From an uncultured Lachnospiraceae bacterium (GTDB lineage Bacteria; Bacillota; Clostridia; Lachnospirales; Lachnospiraceae), in the NCBI GenBank assembly GCA_944376425.1, contig CALWCS010000182.1:10828-74827 (forward strand): a stretch of DNA of 64,000 nucleotides, given 5' to 3'. Below the pieces are notes generated by a model. It made no database searches. It saw only the letters and a list, made by a program, of their open reading frames with translations, and was not told the DNA's origin. Shown here piece after piece: positions 1-9,768 of the stretch (positions are counted from its first letter, which is position 1; every line of letters starts with the position of its first letter). The translations under genes and the position numbers were made by a program.

Positions 1-2811
1 AAAGAACAGATCGAAGAATATGGATTGGAGCCATTTATTAAGCACTGTAAAGAGAGTGTATGGAAATATAAAGAAATGTGGGAAGATTTTTCTGCTACGG
101 TCGGATTCTGGGCAGATATGGAACATCCCTACGTTACGTATGAAAATGATTTTATTGAGTCCGAATGGTGGGCGCTGAAACAGATCTGGGAAAAAGGTCT
201 GCTCTATAAAGGTTATAAAATTGTGCCTTACTGTCCGCGCTGCGGGACACCGCTTTCGAGCCATGAAGTGGCACAGGGATATAAAGATGTAAAAGAACGT
301 TCTGCAATCGTAAAATTTAAGGCAAAAGATGAGGACGCATACATTCTTGCCTGGACGACAACGCCTTGGACTTTGCCTTCTAATGTGGCGCTTTGTGTCA
401 ATCCAAATGAGACTTACGTAAAAGTAAAGGCAGAAGATGGAACAATCTACTATCTTGCTCAGGCGTTGTGCGATAAAGTGCTCGGAGAAGGAAAGTATGA
501 AGTGTTAGAATCTTATATTGGAAAAGATTTAGAATATAAAGAGTATCAGCCATTATTCCCGTTTGTGGAATTGAAACAGAAAGCATACTATGTAGTCTGT
601 GATACGTATGTTACCTTGACAGACGGTACCGGTATTGTCCACATTGCACCTGCATTTGGTGAAGATGACTCAAAAGTCGGAAGAAAATATGATCTGCCGT
701 TTTTGCAGCTGGTAGACGCAAAAGGTGAGATGGCAAAAGAAACACCGTGGGCTGGCGTATTTTGTAAAAAAGCCGATCCAATGATCTTAAAGGATCTCAA
801 CGAGAGAGGTTTATTATATGACGCACCGGTATTTGAACACAGTTATCCTCACTGCTGGAGATGTGATACTCCGCTGATCTACTATGCAAGAGAATCGTGG
901 TTTATCAAAATGACTGCAGTCAAAGATGACCTGATTCGCAATAATAACACAATCAATTGGATTCCGGAAAGTATTGGAAAAGGACGATTCGGAGCCTGGC
1001 TGGAAAATGTTCAGGACTGGGGAATCAGCCGAAACCGCTATTGGGGTACTCCGCTCAATATCTGGCAGTGTGAATGCGGTCATATGCATTCAATCGGAAG
1101 CATTGCAGAGTTAAAAGAAATGTCAGACAACTGTCCGGATGATATTGAACTTCATCGTCCCTATATTGATGCAGTGACGATTCAATGTCCAAAATGCGGC
1201 AAAGAGATGCATCGCGTTCCGGAAGTGATTGACTGCTGGTTTGACTCTGGTTCTATGCCATTTGCCCAGCATCATTATCCGTTTGAAAATAAAGAATTAT
1301 TTGAAGAACAGTTCCCGGCAGACTTTATCTCGGAAGCAGTTGACCAGACAAGAGGATGGTTTTATTCTCTGCTTGCGATCTCTACTTTGATTTTTAACAA
1401 AGCACCATACAAAAATGTGATTGTTATGGGACATGTTCAGGATGAAAATGGTCAAAAGATGAGTAAATCGAAGGGAAATGCTGTGGATCCGTTTGAAGCA
1501 CTTGAGACGTACGGAGCCGATGCGATCCGCTGGTATTTCTATATCAACAGTGCACCGTGGCTGCCAAACCGTTTCCATGGAAAAGCCGTTCAGGAAGGAC
1601 AGCGTAAGTTCTTAGGTACTCTGTGGAATACGTATGCATTTTTTGTGCTGTATGCCAATATTGATCAGTTTGATCCGACGAAATATCAGTTGGAATATGA
1701 TAAACTCTCTGTTATGGATAAATGGCTGCTCTCAAAAATGAATACCTTGATTGAGGAGGTAGACAGCGATCTGGAAAATTATAAAATTCCGGAAGCTGCA
1801 AGGGCACTCCAGAGTTTTGTAGATGACATGAGCAACTGGTATGTGCGCAGAAGCCGTGAACGCTTCTGGGCAAAAGGAATGGAACAGGATAAAATCAATG
1901 CATATATGACGCTGTACACTGCTTTAGTAACAGTGGCAAAGGTAGCAGCCCCTATGATTCCGTTTATGACAGAGGATATTTACCAAAATCTGGTCAGAAA
2001 CGTAGATTCATCTGCGCCGGAAAGTATTCATCTGTGCGACTATCCAACCGTAAAGACAGAATGGATTGATAAAGAACTGGAACAGCATATGGAAGAAGTG
2101 CTTGAGATTGTTGTAATGGGAAGAGCGTGCCGAAATGAGGCAAATATGAAAAACAGACAGCCGATTGGCAAAATGTTTGTCAAAGCACCAGAGGCATTGC
2201 CGCAGTTTTTTGCAGACATTATTAAAGAGGAACTGAATGTAAAAGAAATTCAGTTTACAGACGATGTGAGAGCGTTTACTTCTTACAGTTTTAAACCGCA
2301 GTTAAAGACAGTGGGACCAAAATATGGAAAACTGCTTGGAAAGATTCGTCAGATGCTTCCGGAACTGGATGGAAATACAGCGATGGATGAACTGAAAGCA
2401 AATGGAGCGATTAAATTAGAAATTGATGGACAGGAAGTAATCCTGACAGAGGAAGATCTTCTGATTGAGACTGCTCAGGTAGAAGGATATATCTCTCAGA
2501 CAGAAGGTGAGGTAACAGTAGTTCTTGACACGAATCTGACGCCGGAATTGATAGAAGAAGGATTCGTCAGAGAGCTGATCAGCAAAATTCAGACCATGAG
2601 AAAAGAAGCTGGATTTGAGGTTACAGACAGAATCAATATCTATGCAACAGGAAACCAGAAAATTGAAGAGATCTTTAAAAAGTTTGAAGACAAGATAACA
2701 GAAGAAGTTTTTGCCGACAGCATTATATTTGGAGAAACTAACGGCTATGTGAAAGAGTGGAACATCAATGGTGAGACAGTAACCATGGGCGTAGAAATCA
2801 ATCATAAATAG
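1..2811 (+). CDS. ileS: isoleucine--tRNA ligase, 5' end truncated by window edge
   Basis: Frame is open from base 1. It has the class I aaRS KMSKS motif (KMSKSKGN), Zn-ribbon CxxC pairs (CPRCGTPL, CWRCDTPL, CPKCGKEM) and an IleRS-typical N-terminal region. Confidence 0.95.
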   Translation, partial: KEQIEEYGLEPFIKHCKESVWKYKEMWEDFSATVGFWADMEHPYVTYENDFIESEWWALKQIWEKGLLYKGYKIVPYCPRCGTPLSSHEVAQGYKDVKERSAIVKFKAKDEDAYILAWTTTPWTLPSNVALCVNPNETYVKVKAEDGTIYYLAQALCDKVLGEGKYEVLESYIGKDLEYKEYQPLFPFVELKQKAYYVVCDTYVTLTDGTGIVHIAPAFGEDDSKVGRKYDLPFLQLVDAKGEMAKETPWAGVFCKKADPMILKDLNERGLLYDAPVFEHSYPHCWRCDTPLIYYARESWFIKMTAVKDDLIRNNNTINWIPESIGKGRFGAWLENVQDWGISRNRYWGTPLNIWQCECGHMHSIGSIAELKEMSDNCPDDIELHRPYIDAVTIQCPKCGKEMHRVPEVIDCWFDSGSMPFAQHHYPFENKELFEEQFPADFISEAVDQTRGWFYSLLAISTLIFNKAPYKNVIVMGHVQDENGQKMSKSKGNAVDPFEALETYGADAIRWYFYINSAPWLPNRFHGKAVQEGQRKFLGTLWNTYAFFVLYANIDQFDPTKYQLEYDKLSVMDKWLLSKMNTLIEEVDSDLENYKIPEAARALQSFVDDMSNWYVRRSRERFWAKGMEQDKINAYMTLYTALVTVAKVAAPMIPFMTEDIYQNLVRNVDSSAPESIHLCDYPTVKTEWIDKELEQHMEEVLEIVVMGRACRNEANMKNRQPIGKMFVKAPEALPQFFADIIKEELNVKEIQFTDDVRAFTSYSFKPQLKTVGPKYGKLLGKIRQMLPELDGNTAMDELKANGAIKLEIDGQEVILTEEDLLIETAQVEGYISQTEGEVTVVLDTNLTPELIEEGFVRELISKIQTMRKEAGFEVTDRINIYATGNQKIEEIFKKFEDKITEEVFADSIIFGETNGYVKEWNINGETVTMGVEINHK

Positions 2812-2820
2812 GAGGTTCTC

Positions 2821-5295
2821 ATGAACAAATTATTTCAGAAAGAAGCTTTTAAGCAGAGTGTGAAAGATAATGTAAGAACATTATACAGAAGAACACTGGA
2901 TGAAGCCACACCACAGCAGATTTTTCAGGCTGTTTCTTATGCGGTAAAAGACGTAATTATCAATGACTGGATGGCAACACAGAAAGCGTATGAAGAACAG
3001 GATCCAAAGACAGTTTATTATATGTCAATGGAATTTTTAATGGGACGTGCTCTGGGAAATAACCTGATCAATCTGACGGCTTATGAACCGGTAAAAGAAG
3101 CACTCTTAGAGATGGGACTGGATTTAAATGCGATCGAAGATCAGGAACCGGATGCTGCATTAGGAAACGGAGGACTCGGAAGACTGGCAGCATGTTTTCT
3201 GGATTCGCTTGCTACTTTGGGATATTCTGCATATGGATGCGGTGTGCGTTACCGTTATGGAATGTTCAAACAAAAAATTGAAGACGGATATCAGGTAGAA
3301 GTTCCGGACAATTGGTTAAAGGATGGAAATCCTTTTGAACTGCGGCGTCCAGAGTATGCCAAAGAGGTAAAATTCGGCGGTTATATCCGTGTAGTATATA
3401 ATGAAAAAACAAAGAGAAACGACTTTGTTCAGGAAGGGTATCAGTCTGTCAGAGCAATTCCGTATGATATTCCGATCGTCGGATATAATAACCATGTGGT
3501 AAATACTCTGCGTGTATGGGATGCAGAGGCAATTAATGAATTCCATCTGGATTCTTTTGATAAAGGAGATTATCACAAAGCAGTAGAACAGGAAAATCTT
3601 GCCAAGAATATTGTGGAAGTACTGTATCCGAACGATAATCACTATGCAGGAAAAGAACTCAGATTAAAACAACAGTATTTCTTTATCTCGGCAAGCGTGC
3701 AGGCAGCAATTGCGAAATATAAGAAAAAACATAGCGATCTCCATAAATTTTATGAAAAAGTAACGTTCCAGCTTAATGATACGCATCCGACCGTTGCCAT
3801 TGCAGAACTGATGAGAATTCTGGTGGATGAGGAAGGAATGGAATGGGATGAAGCATGGGAAGTTACAACAAAGACATGCGCATATACGAACCATACGATC
3901 ATGGCAGAAGCACTGGAAAAATGGCCGATTGAATTATTTTCAAGACTCCTTCCTAGAATTTATCAGATTATTGAAGAGATCAACCGCAGATTTATTATGG
4001 AAATCCAGAAAAAGTATCCTGGAAATCAGGAAAAAATTCGTAAGATGGCAATTATTTATGACGGACAGGTAAAAATGGCACACCTTGCAATTGTTGCGGG
4101 ATATTCCGTAAACGGTGTGGCACAGCTTCATACGGAAATTCTGAAAAATCAGGAATTGAAAGATTTCTATGAGATGATGCCGGAGAAATTTAATAATAAG
4201 ACAAACGGAATTACACAGAGACGTTTCCTGCTTCATGCGAATCCGTTGCTTGCCAACTGGGTGACTGACCATATCGGAAGCGAATGGATCACCGACCTGC
4301 CTCAGATATCAAAACTGAAACTGTTTGTGGATGACAAAAAGGCACAGCAGGAATTTATGAACATCAAATATCAGAATAAAATTCGTCTTGCAAAATATAT
4401 CAAAGAGCATAATGGGATTGATGTAGATCCGCGCTCTATCTTTGACGTACAGGTAAAACGACTTCATGAATATAAACGCCAGCTTCTGAATATTCTTCAC
4501 GTTATGTACTTGTACAATACAATCAAGGATCATCCGGAGATGGACTTCTACCCAAGGACATTTATCTTTGGAGCAAAAGCAGCGGCAGGATATCGCAGAG
4601 CCAAACTGACAATTAAACTGATTAATTCCGTGGCAGATGTGATTAATAATGACAAATCAATCAATGGTAAATTAAAAGTAGTCTTCATTGAAGATTATCG
4701 TGTGTCGAATGCAGAGATCATCTTTGCAGCGGCAGATGTGTCAGAACAGATTTCAACAGCAAGTAAAGAAGCTTCCGGTACGGGAAATATGAAGTTTATG
4801 CTGAATGGAGCACCGACACTTGGAACTATGGACGGAGCCAATGTGGAAATTGTAGAAGAGGTAGGAGAAGACAATGCATTTATCTTTGGTCTGACTGCTG
4901 AACAGGTAATCAACTATGAACAAAACGGCGGTTATCGTCCTATGGACTACTTCAACAATGATCAGGATATCCGCAGAGTATTAATGCAGCTGATCAATGG
5001 AGAATATTCACCGCAGAATCCGGAACTGTTCCGCGATATCTATGATTCTCTGTTAAATACGAACAGCAGTGAGCGTGCAGATACTTACTTTATTCTTGCT
5101 GATTTCAAATCTTATGCTGCTGCTCAAAAACGTGTGGAAGAGGCATACAGAGACGAAACAAGATGGGCAAGAATGGCGATGCTCAATACAGCATGCAGTG
5201 GAAAATTCACAGCGGACAGAACGATTCAGCAGTATGTAGATGAAATCTGGCATTTGGATCATGTGACCGTAGAACCAGATGATATGGAAGAATAA
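2821..5295 (+). CDS. glgP: glycogen/maltodextrin phosphorylase
   Basis: 824 aa. Carries the pyridoxal-phosphate lysine motif EASGTGNMKFMLNGA. A GGAGG RBS lies 5 nt upstream. Confidence 0.95.
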   Translation: MNKLFQKEAFKQSVKDNVRTLYRRTLDEATPQQIFQAVSYAVKDVIINDWMATQKAYEEQDPKTVYYMSMEFLMGRALGNNLINLTAYEPVKEALLEMGLDLNAIEDQEPDAALGNGGLGRLAACFLDSLATLGYSAYGCGVRYRYGMFKQKIEDGYQVEVPDNWLKDGNPFELRRPEYAKEVKFGGYIRVVYNEKTKRNDFVQEGYQSVRAIPYDIPIVGYNNHVVNTLRVWDAEAINEFHLDSFDKGDYHKAVEQENLAKNIVEVLYPNDNHYAGKELRLKQQYFFISASVQAAIAKYKKKHSDLHKFYEKVTFQLNDTHPTVAIAELMRILVDEEGMEWDEAWEVTTKTCAYTNHTIMAEALEKWPIELFSRLLPRIYQIIEEINRRFIMEIQKKYPGNQEKIRKMAIIYDGQVKMAHLAIVAGYSVNGVAQLHTEILKNQELKDFYEMMPEKFNNKTNGITQRRFLLHANPLLANWVTDHIGSEWITDLPQISKLKLFVDDKKAQQEFMNIKYQNKIRLAKYIKEHNGIDVDPRSIFDVQVKRLHEYKRQLLNILHVMYLYNTIKDHPEMDFYPRTFIFGAKAAAGYRRAKLTIKLINSVADVINNDKSINGKLKVVFIEDYRVSNAEIIFAAADVSEQISTASKEASGTGNMKFMLNGAPTLGTMDGANVEIVEEVGEDNAFIFGLTAEQVINYEQNGGYRPMDYFNNDQDIRRVLMQLINGEYSPQNPELFRDIYDSLLNTNSSERADTYFILADFKSYAAAQKRVEEAYRDETRWARMAMLNTACSGKFTADRTIQQYVDEIWHLDHVTVEPDDMEE

Positions 5296-5331
5296 GATTT
5301 TTATAATAAAAATAAATAAGATCACAGCAGA

Positions 5332-5372
5332 CAGCTTTTGTGGCAGAAAATTCCGCCGCAAAAGCTGTTTTT
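5332..5372 (+). terminator. intrinsic terminator after glgP
   Basis: Stem CAGCTTTTGTGGC / GCCGCAAAAGCTG followed by TTTTTG. Confidence 0.65.
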
Positions 5373-5488
5373 GCAATTTTTCAGACTGAGACGGAAGAAC
5401 ATATAGAAAGAAAGGATAATGAAGAAATAGAATAAATTTCACAAATCTGGCAATGATATGACTAACCCAGGAATAATCATAGCGCGAG

Positions 5489-6262
5489 GTGAAAAAAATG
5501 AAAAAATTTTTTAACAAAAAAGGCACAATTTGGGCGCTGAGCCTGTGCCTGATGGGTAGTCTGGCATTTGTCGGTTATTATTCAGTCAGTCAGTTAGAAC
5601 AAAAAAGAGAAGAACAGCAGAGCAGAATTATTGATTTGAATCAGGAAGAGACACAAGCAACAGATACGGTACAAAAAGAAACAGAAGAACAGGAAGTTGT
5701 AGATGTTGCTGATCAGAAAGTGGACTATGAAGTAGAAACAGAGACAGAAGAGCAAAGCGAGTCTGAGACACAACAGGAGACCCAGGAAGCAGAAAATGTA
5801 GTTTCTAATCAGGCGGAAGCAGAGATTGCTCCAACAGTAGACTTTCAGGATACGGATGTGCTGATGTGGCCGGCAGCAGGAGAAATTTTATTGGATTACA
5901 GTATGAATGGAACGATCTATTTTCCAACGCTAAATCAGTATAAATATAATCCTGCCATTGTAATCGGACAAGAAGCAGGTGCGCCTGTCGTGGCAAGCGC
6001 CAGAGGAATTGTAGAGTCTATCACTGTAAATGAGGAGACGGGGACAACAGTTACAATGGATTTAGGAAACAATTATGAATTGATTTATGGACAGTTAAAA
6101 GAGCTGACAATTCAAGAAGGAGATGTTGTAGAACAGGGCGAAGTGATCGGATATATCAGTGAACCGACAAAATATTATTGTGTAGAAGGAAGCAATCTTT
6201 ACTTTCAAATGAAAAAAGACGGAGAACCGATCGATCCTGTTCTTTACCTGGAGTCAGAATAA
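5489..6262 (+). CDS. membrane-anchored M23/LytM-domain protein with degenerate active site
   Basis: N-terminal TM segment, acidic E/Q/T-rich linker and C-terminal LytM fold (GAPVVASARGIVESI...GQLKEL...GEVIGYISEP...LYFQMKKDGEPIDP). The HxxxD and HxH metal ligands are all substituted. Confidence 0.8.
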   Translation: MKKMKKFFNKKGTIWALSLCLMGSLAFVGYYSVSQLEQKREEQQSRIIDLNQEETQATDTVQKETEEQEVVDVADQKVDYEVETETEEQSESETQQETQEAENVVSNQAEAEIAPTVDFQDTDVLMWPAAGEILLDYSMNGTIYFPTLNQYKYNPAIVIGQEAGAPVVASARGIVESITVNEETGTTVTMDLGNNYELIYGQLKELTIQEGDVVEQGEVIGYISEPTKYYCVEGSNLYFQMKKDGEPIDPVLYLESE

Positions 6263-6621
6263 AGAGTAACCTTTTTTCGGAGAATGTATATATTAATATA
6301 GAAGAAACACAAAAGGAACCGGACAGAAAGTTTTGCCGGAACCAAAAGAAAGGTTACGATTCGCAATCGATAATAGGTACGATTCGCCTGCGGCAAATCA
6401 CTTAGCGATCTGTTTCAGCCTTAACGCCGTGCGATCCAGCAAAGTAATTTATCTCATAGGAGTCAAAGATTTGTATGAGAGAAAGAAATCAATTTTCATG
6501 GGAATCCGTCCCCCCAGACAAAGATACAAATTTTGTCGGTTGCTTTTTATAAAAATGGAGTTGTCTAAAGCAACGACAGCTCCTTTACATAGATCAAAGG
6601 AAAAAATATGGAGTAGAGAAA

Positions 6622-6909
6622 ATGAAAGAAAACGAAAAAGAGTTGAAAAAAAACTATACATATATAGTGGAATGCAGTGACGGGACTTATTATACGGGAT
6701 GGACAAACAATCTCTTAAAACGGATAAAAACGCATAATCAAAAAAAAGGTGCGAAATATACAAAGAGCAGACTGCCTGTAAGACTCGTCTATTTTGAAAT
6801 TTTTGATACAAAAGAAAAAGCAATGCGGCGGGAATATGAGATCAAACAGATGAAAAGAAAAGAAAAAAAGAAGATGATTCGTCACGGTATGTGCGAAAAT
6901 ATAAAATAA
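6622..6909 (+). CDS. GIY-YIG nuclease superfamily protein (UPF0213-like)
   Basis: YTYIVECSDGTYYTGWTNNLLKRIKTHN...YTKSRLPVRLVYFE...AMRREYEIK matches the small stand-alone GIY-YIG pattern. Confidence 0.8.
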   Translation: MKENEKELKKNYTYIVECSDGTYYTGWTNNLLKRIKTHNQKKGAKYTKSRLPVRLVYFEIFDTKEKAMRREYEIKQMKRKEKKKMIRHGMCENIK

Positions 6910-6928
6910 GATGATAATCTCTGTAACT

Positions 6929-6968
6929 ACGAGACAGAACATAGAAGTATTCTGTCTCGTTTTTTTTA
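6929..6968 (+). terminator. intrinsic terminator
   Basis: 11-bp stem ACGAGACAGAA / TTCTGTCTCGT followed by T8. Confidence 0.75.
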
Positions 6969-7041
6969 TATCATAGAAAAATCCTTCGTTCTTTAAAACA
7001 AAAAACTATTTGGGAAGAATTCTTTTTGCAAAGTGAGCTGA

Positions 7042-7692
7042 TTAAGCAACGAAGACATACATTACGATAAAATGGCAAATGCTTCCGCCCATTACAAATA
7101 AATGAAAAATTTCATGAGAGCCGAAATTTTTATGCCGGTTATTAAATACAGGAAGTTTTAAAGCATAGATAATTCCTCCAATCGTATAGATAATACCTCC
7201 GGCTAAAAGCCATCCAAATGCAGTGGATGAGAGCGAATTTAAAAGCTGTGTAAAAGCCAGAACGCATAACCAGCCCATAGCGATATATAATATAGAAGAA
7301 AACCATTTTGGACAAGTAATCCAAAACGCTTTTATGATAATTCCTACGATTGCAATAGTCCATACGAATGCACACAGATATAGTCCGAGCGGACGCTCTA
7401 GAACGATCAGACAAATTGGAGTGTAAGAACCTGCAATCAGGATAAAAATCATCATATGATCCAGTTTCCGCAGCCGGCGATTGACTTTTTCGGAAAGATC
7501 AAGGGAATGATAGATGGTGCTTGCTGCATAGAGCAGGATCATACTGACAATAAAAATGGCAAGAGAGATGACATGAATGGGATCTGGATCTCTTGCTGCT
7601 TTAATTAAAAGAGGCAGTGCTGCAAACATTGCCATTAACATACCAATAAAATGAGTAATTGCGCTTCCGGGATCTTTAATTTTGTGCTTCAT
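7042..7692 (-). CDS. hemolysin III / PAQR family membrane protein
   Basis: 216 aa with 7 predicted TM segments. Has the C-terminal HEIFHLFV motif and the YHSLD motif typical of the HlyIII family. Confidence 0.88.
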   Translation of the reverse strand: MKHKIKDPGSAITHFIGMLMAMFAALPLLIKAARDPDPIHVISLAIFIVSMILLYAASTIYHSLDLSEKVNRRLRKLDHMMIFILIAGSYTPICLIVLERPLGLYLCAFVWTIAIVGIIIKAFWITCPKWFSSILYIAMGWLCVLAFTQLLNSLSSTAFGWLLAGGIIYTIGGIIYALKLPVFNNRHKNFGSHEIFHLFVMGGSICHFIVMYVFVA

Positions 7693-7894
7693 AAAAAAAC
7701 CTCCTCTCGCACGAAAATTAAGAAATTGAAAATATTTATGATATTATATGATATAGTATTAAAAACTATGTATCGATATTGCTATATTATATCATATCAG
7801 TTTAAAAATCAAGTGATATTTCTGTGAATGTAATTTGTATTTTAAATTTGGAAAAAAACATGAAATATTTCTTCGATTTTCCAAATAAAAATAT

Positions 7895-7923
7895 TTGACA
7901 TCATGAGAATTATCCTATAAAAT
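7895..7923 (+). promoter_or_regulatory. sigma-A type promoter of the Fur-family gene
   Basis: TTGACA (7895-7900), 17-nt spacer, TAAAAT (7918-7923). Confidence 0.6.
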
Positions 7924-7925
7924 TA

Positions 7926-7940
7926 TAGTAATTATTATCG
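7926..7940 (+). promoter_or_regulatory. Fur/PerR-type operator half-conserved copy
   Basis: TAGTAATTATTATCG shares the 11-nt core AGTAATTATTA with the perfect palindrome at 8416-8430 and lies directly after the -10. Confidence 0.5.
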
Positions 7941-7965
7941 TTATTATAATAGAAAGGAGGATCTT

Positions 7966-8352
7966 ATGCCAGCATTAAAATACAGCAAACAAAGAGAATG
8001 CATTAAAAAATTTCTTGCAGATAGAAAAGATCACCCCACAGCAGATATTATTTATTTGAATATTCGAGAACAGTTTCCTCATATTAGTTTGGGAACGGTT
8101 TACAGAAATCTCGCCTTATTATCAGAACTAGGCGAAATTAATAAATTGACGACAGGGGATGGAGCAGATCATTTTGATGGCAATGTCTCTCCTCATCAAC
8201 ATTTTGTATGCAAAAAATGCAATCGTATTATAGACTTAAAAGTAGACAGCAAAGAATATGAGGAAAAAGCAGCAGAAGAGGGAATAGGAGAAATTGAAAA
8301 CTGTATTTCTTACTTTTATGGAATCTGCAAAGAATGTTTGCAGGAAAAATGA
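7966..8352 (+). CDS. perR: Fur family transcriptional regulator, PerR-like
   Basis: Winged-helix LGTVYRNL motif and two CxxC pairs (CKKCNRI, CKEC). It sits immediately upstream of rubrerythrin with shared operator boxes. Confidence 0.8.
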   Translation: MPALKYSKQRECIKKFLADRKDHPTADIIYLNIREQFPHISLGTVYRNLALLSELGEINKLTTGDGADHFDGNVSPHQHFVCKKCNRIIDLKVDSKEYEEKAAEEGIGEIENCISYFYGICKECLQEK

Positions 8353-8381
8353 AAAGATGAAAAAAATTTTTCAAAAAGATC

Positions 8382-8410
8382 TTGACGATCAGAGAAAAAT
8401 GTGCTAAATT
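8382..8410 (+). promoter_or_regulatory. sigma-A type promoter of rubrerythrin
   Basis: TTGACG (8382-8387), 17-nt spacer ending in TGc, TAAATT (8405-8410). Confidence 0.55.
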
Positions 8411-8415
8411 AATAT

Positions 8416-8430
8416 CAGTAATTATTACTG
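8416..8430 (+). promoter_or_regulatory. perfect 7-1-7 palindromic Fur/PerR box
   Basis: CAGTAATTATTACTG is a perfect inverted repeat around a central T, placed over the predicted transcription start. Confidence 0.65.
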
Positions 8431-8481
8431 TTTTATTGAACTAAATAACAAATATTTCTTAAAGAAAAGGAGATTTGTACT

Positions 8482-9027
8482 ATGGCTAAATTTGTATGTA
8501 ATGTATGTGGTTATGTTTATGAAGGAGAGGCAGCTCCAGAATTCTGCCCAATCTGTAAAGCACCGGCTTCCAAATTTACAAAACAGGAGGAAGGAATGAC
8601 ATGGGCAGCAGAGCATGTGGTAGGAGTTGCACAGGGCGTTCCGGAAGACATCTTAGCTGACCTGAGAGCAAACTTCGAAGGAGAATGTTCAGAAGTTGGT
8701 ATGTACCTTGCAATGGCTAGAGTAGCTCACAGAGAAGGATATCCGGAAATTGGATTATACTGGGAAAAAGCTGCTTATGAAGAAGCAGAACATGCTGCAA
8801 AATTTGCAGAATTGTTAGGTGAAGTAGTAACAGACAGTACAAAGAAAAATCTGGAAATGAGAGTTGCAGCTGAAAATGGTGCGACAGCTGGAAAGACAGA
8901 TCTTGCAAAACGTGCAAAAGCAGCAAACTTAGATGCAATTCATGATACTGTTCATGAGATGGCACGTGATGAGGCTCGTCATGGAAAAGCATTCCAGGGA
9001 TTATTAGAGAGATATTTTGGTAAATAA
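8482..9027 (+). CDS. rbr: reverse rubrerythrin (N-terminal rubredoxin-like domain plus diiron four-helix bundle)
   Basis: N-terminal [10 protein letters not shown]...CPICKAP (CxxC x2), followed by ExxH diiron motifs (EEAEH, DEARH). Confidence 0.9.
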   Translation: MAKFVCNVCGYVYEGEAAPEFCPICKAPASKFTKQEEGMTWAAEHVVGVAQGVPEDILADLRANFEGECSEVGMYLAMARVAHREGYPEIGLYWEKAAYEEAEHAAKFAELLGEVVTDSTKKNLEMRVAAENGATAGKTDLAKRAKAANLDAIHDTVHEMARDEARHGKAFQGLLERYFGK

Positions 9028-9037
9028 AGAAAAAACA

Positions 9038-9070
9038 GGGTGCGGACAAAGTGTTCGCACCCATTTTTTC
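9038..9070. terminator. bidirectional intrinsic terminator
   Basis: Stem GGGTGCG / CGCACCC flanked by an A-run upstream and a T-run downstream, between convergent genes. Confidence 0.7.
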
Positions 9071-9129
9071 TTTTATGGGAAAGTCCGATAAAAGAAAAAG
9101 CTCTCCGAGCCTGATTTTAAATTTAAAAT

Positions 9130-9768
9130 TTATTTGGCATCTGCAGTATGATGCGGTATGGAAGAAGGCTTTCCATTGCCGATTGGCATCAGCATTCCCT
9201 GCTTCAGAAGAGCTGGTCTTAATAAATGATAAAGCGATGTGGCAAGCACGATGGAGATAACCGCATTCACAAATGTAGTCAGTGTACTCCATTTTGCAAG
9301 GATAGAAGCCATTTCCTGAGGCTGTCCTAAAATATATTGTTTATAGAAATAACCGACAAGCGGATCAAAGATTACATTAAAAAGCATTCCGGCACAGGAG
9401 GCGATCAGACTCCAGCGGAAAATATACTTTGGATCTTGGCTGCTGCTGATATGAGCAATTTTATGTGCCACAAGACCTGTAATCAAACCGATACAAAATT
9501 TTAACAAGAATGTCTTGGGAAAAGATACAGCATATACAGGATCTAAAAGATCTCCAATGCCCATGCCGATTGCCCCTGCAAGTCCGCCGTATGTTCCTCC
9601 AAGCAAAAGAGCAGCAAGAACACAAAAAGCATTTCCGGCATGAAAAGATGTGGCATCGCCTCCAGGCATAGGAATTTTAATCTGTAAAAATTGAAATACA
9701 ACATAGCACAAAGCAGCAAGAAGAGCAGTCTGTGCCCATTTGATAATACGAGGATTCCTTTTTGACAT
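9130..9768 (-). CDS. polytopic membrane protein, ECF-transporter S-component-like
   Basis: 212 aa with about 6 TM segments, Gly-rich helices and size/topology like vitamin-capture S components. No riboswitch was recognised upstream, so the substrate is unknown. Confidence 0.5.
   Translation of the reverse strand: MSKRNPRIIKWAQTALLAALCYVVFQFLQIKIPMPGGDATSFHAGNAFCVLAALLLGGTYGGLAGAIGMGIGDLLDPVYAVSFPKTFLLKFCIGLITGLVAHKIAHISSSQDPKYIFRWSLIASCAGMLFNVIFDPLVGYFYKQYILGQPQEMASILAKWSTLTTFVNAVISIVLATSLYHLLRPALLKQGMLMPIGNGKPSSIPHHTADAK

Noticed and set aside
25-2811. The ATG at 25 as the ileS start.
   Set aside because: The frame is open from base 1, and the first residues already correspond to an internal part of IleRS. 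The gene is cut by the window edge.
6500-6515. On the minus strand this reads GGGGGGACGGATTCCC, reminiscent of a tmRNA 5' end (GGGG..ACGGATTCGAC).
   Set aside because: No tRNA-like T-arm (GGTTCGA..CCACCA) or tag reading frame occurs within 400 nt downstream on that strand.
8717-9292. A 191-aa minus-strand ORF.
   Set aside because: It is antisense to rubrerythrin, crosses the bidirectional terminator and has low-complexity composition with no RBS.
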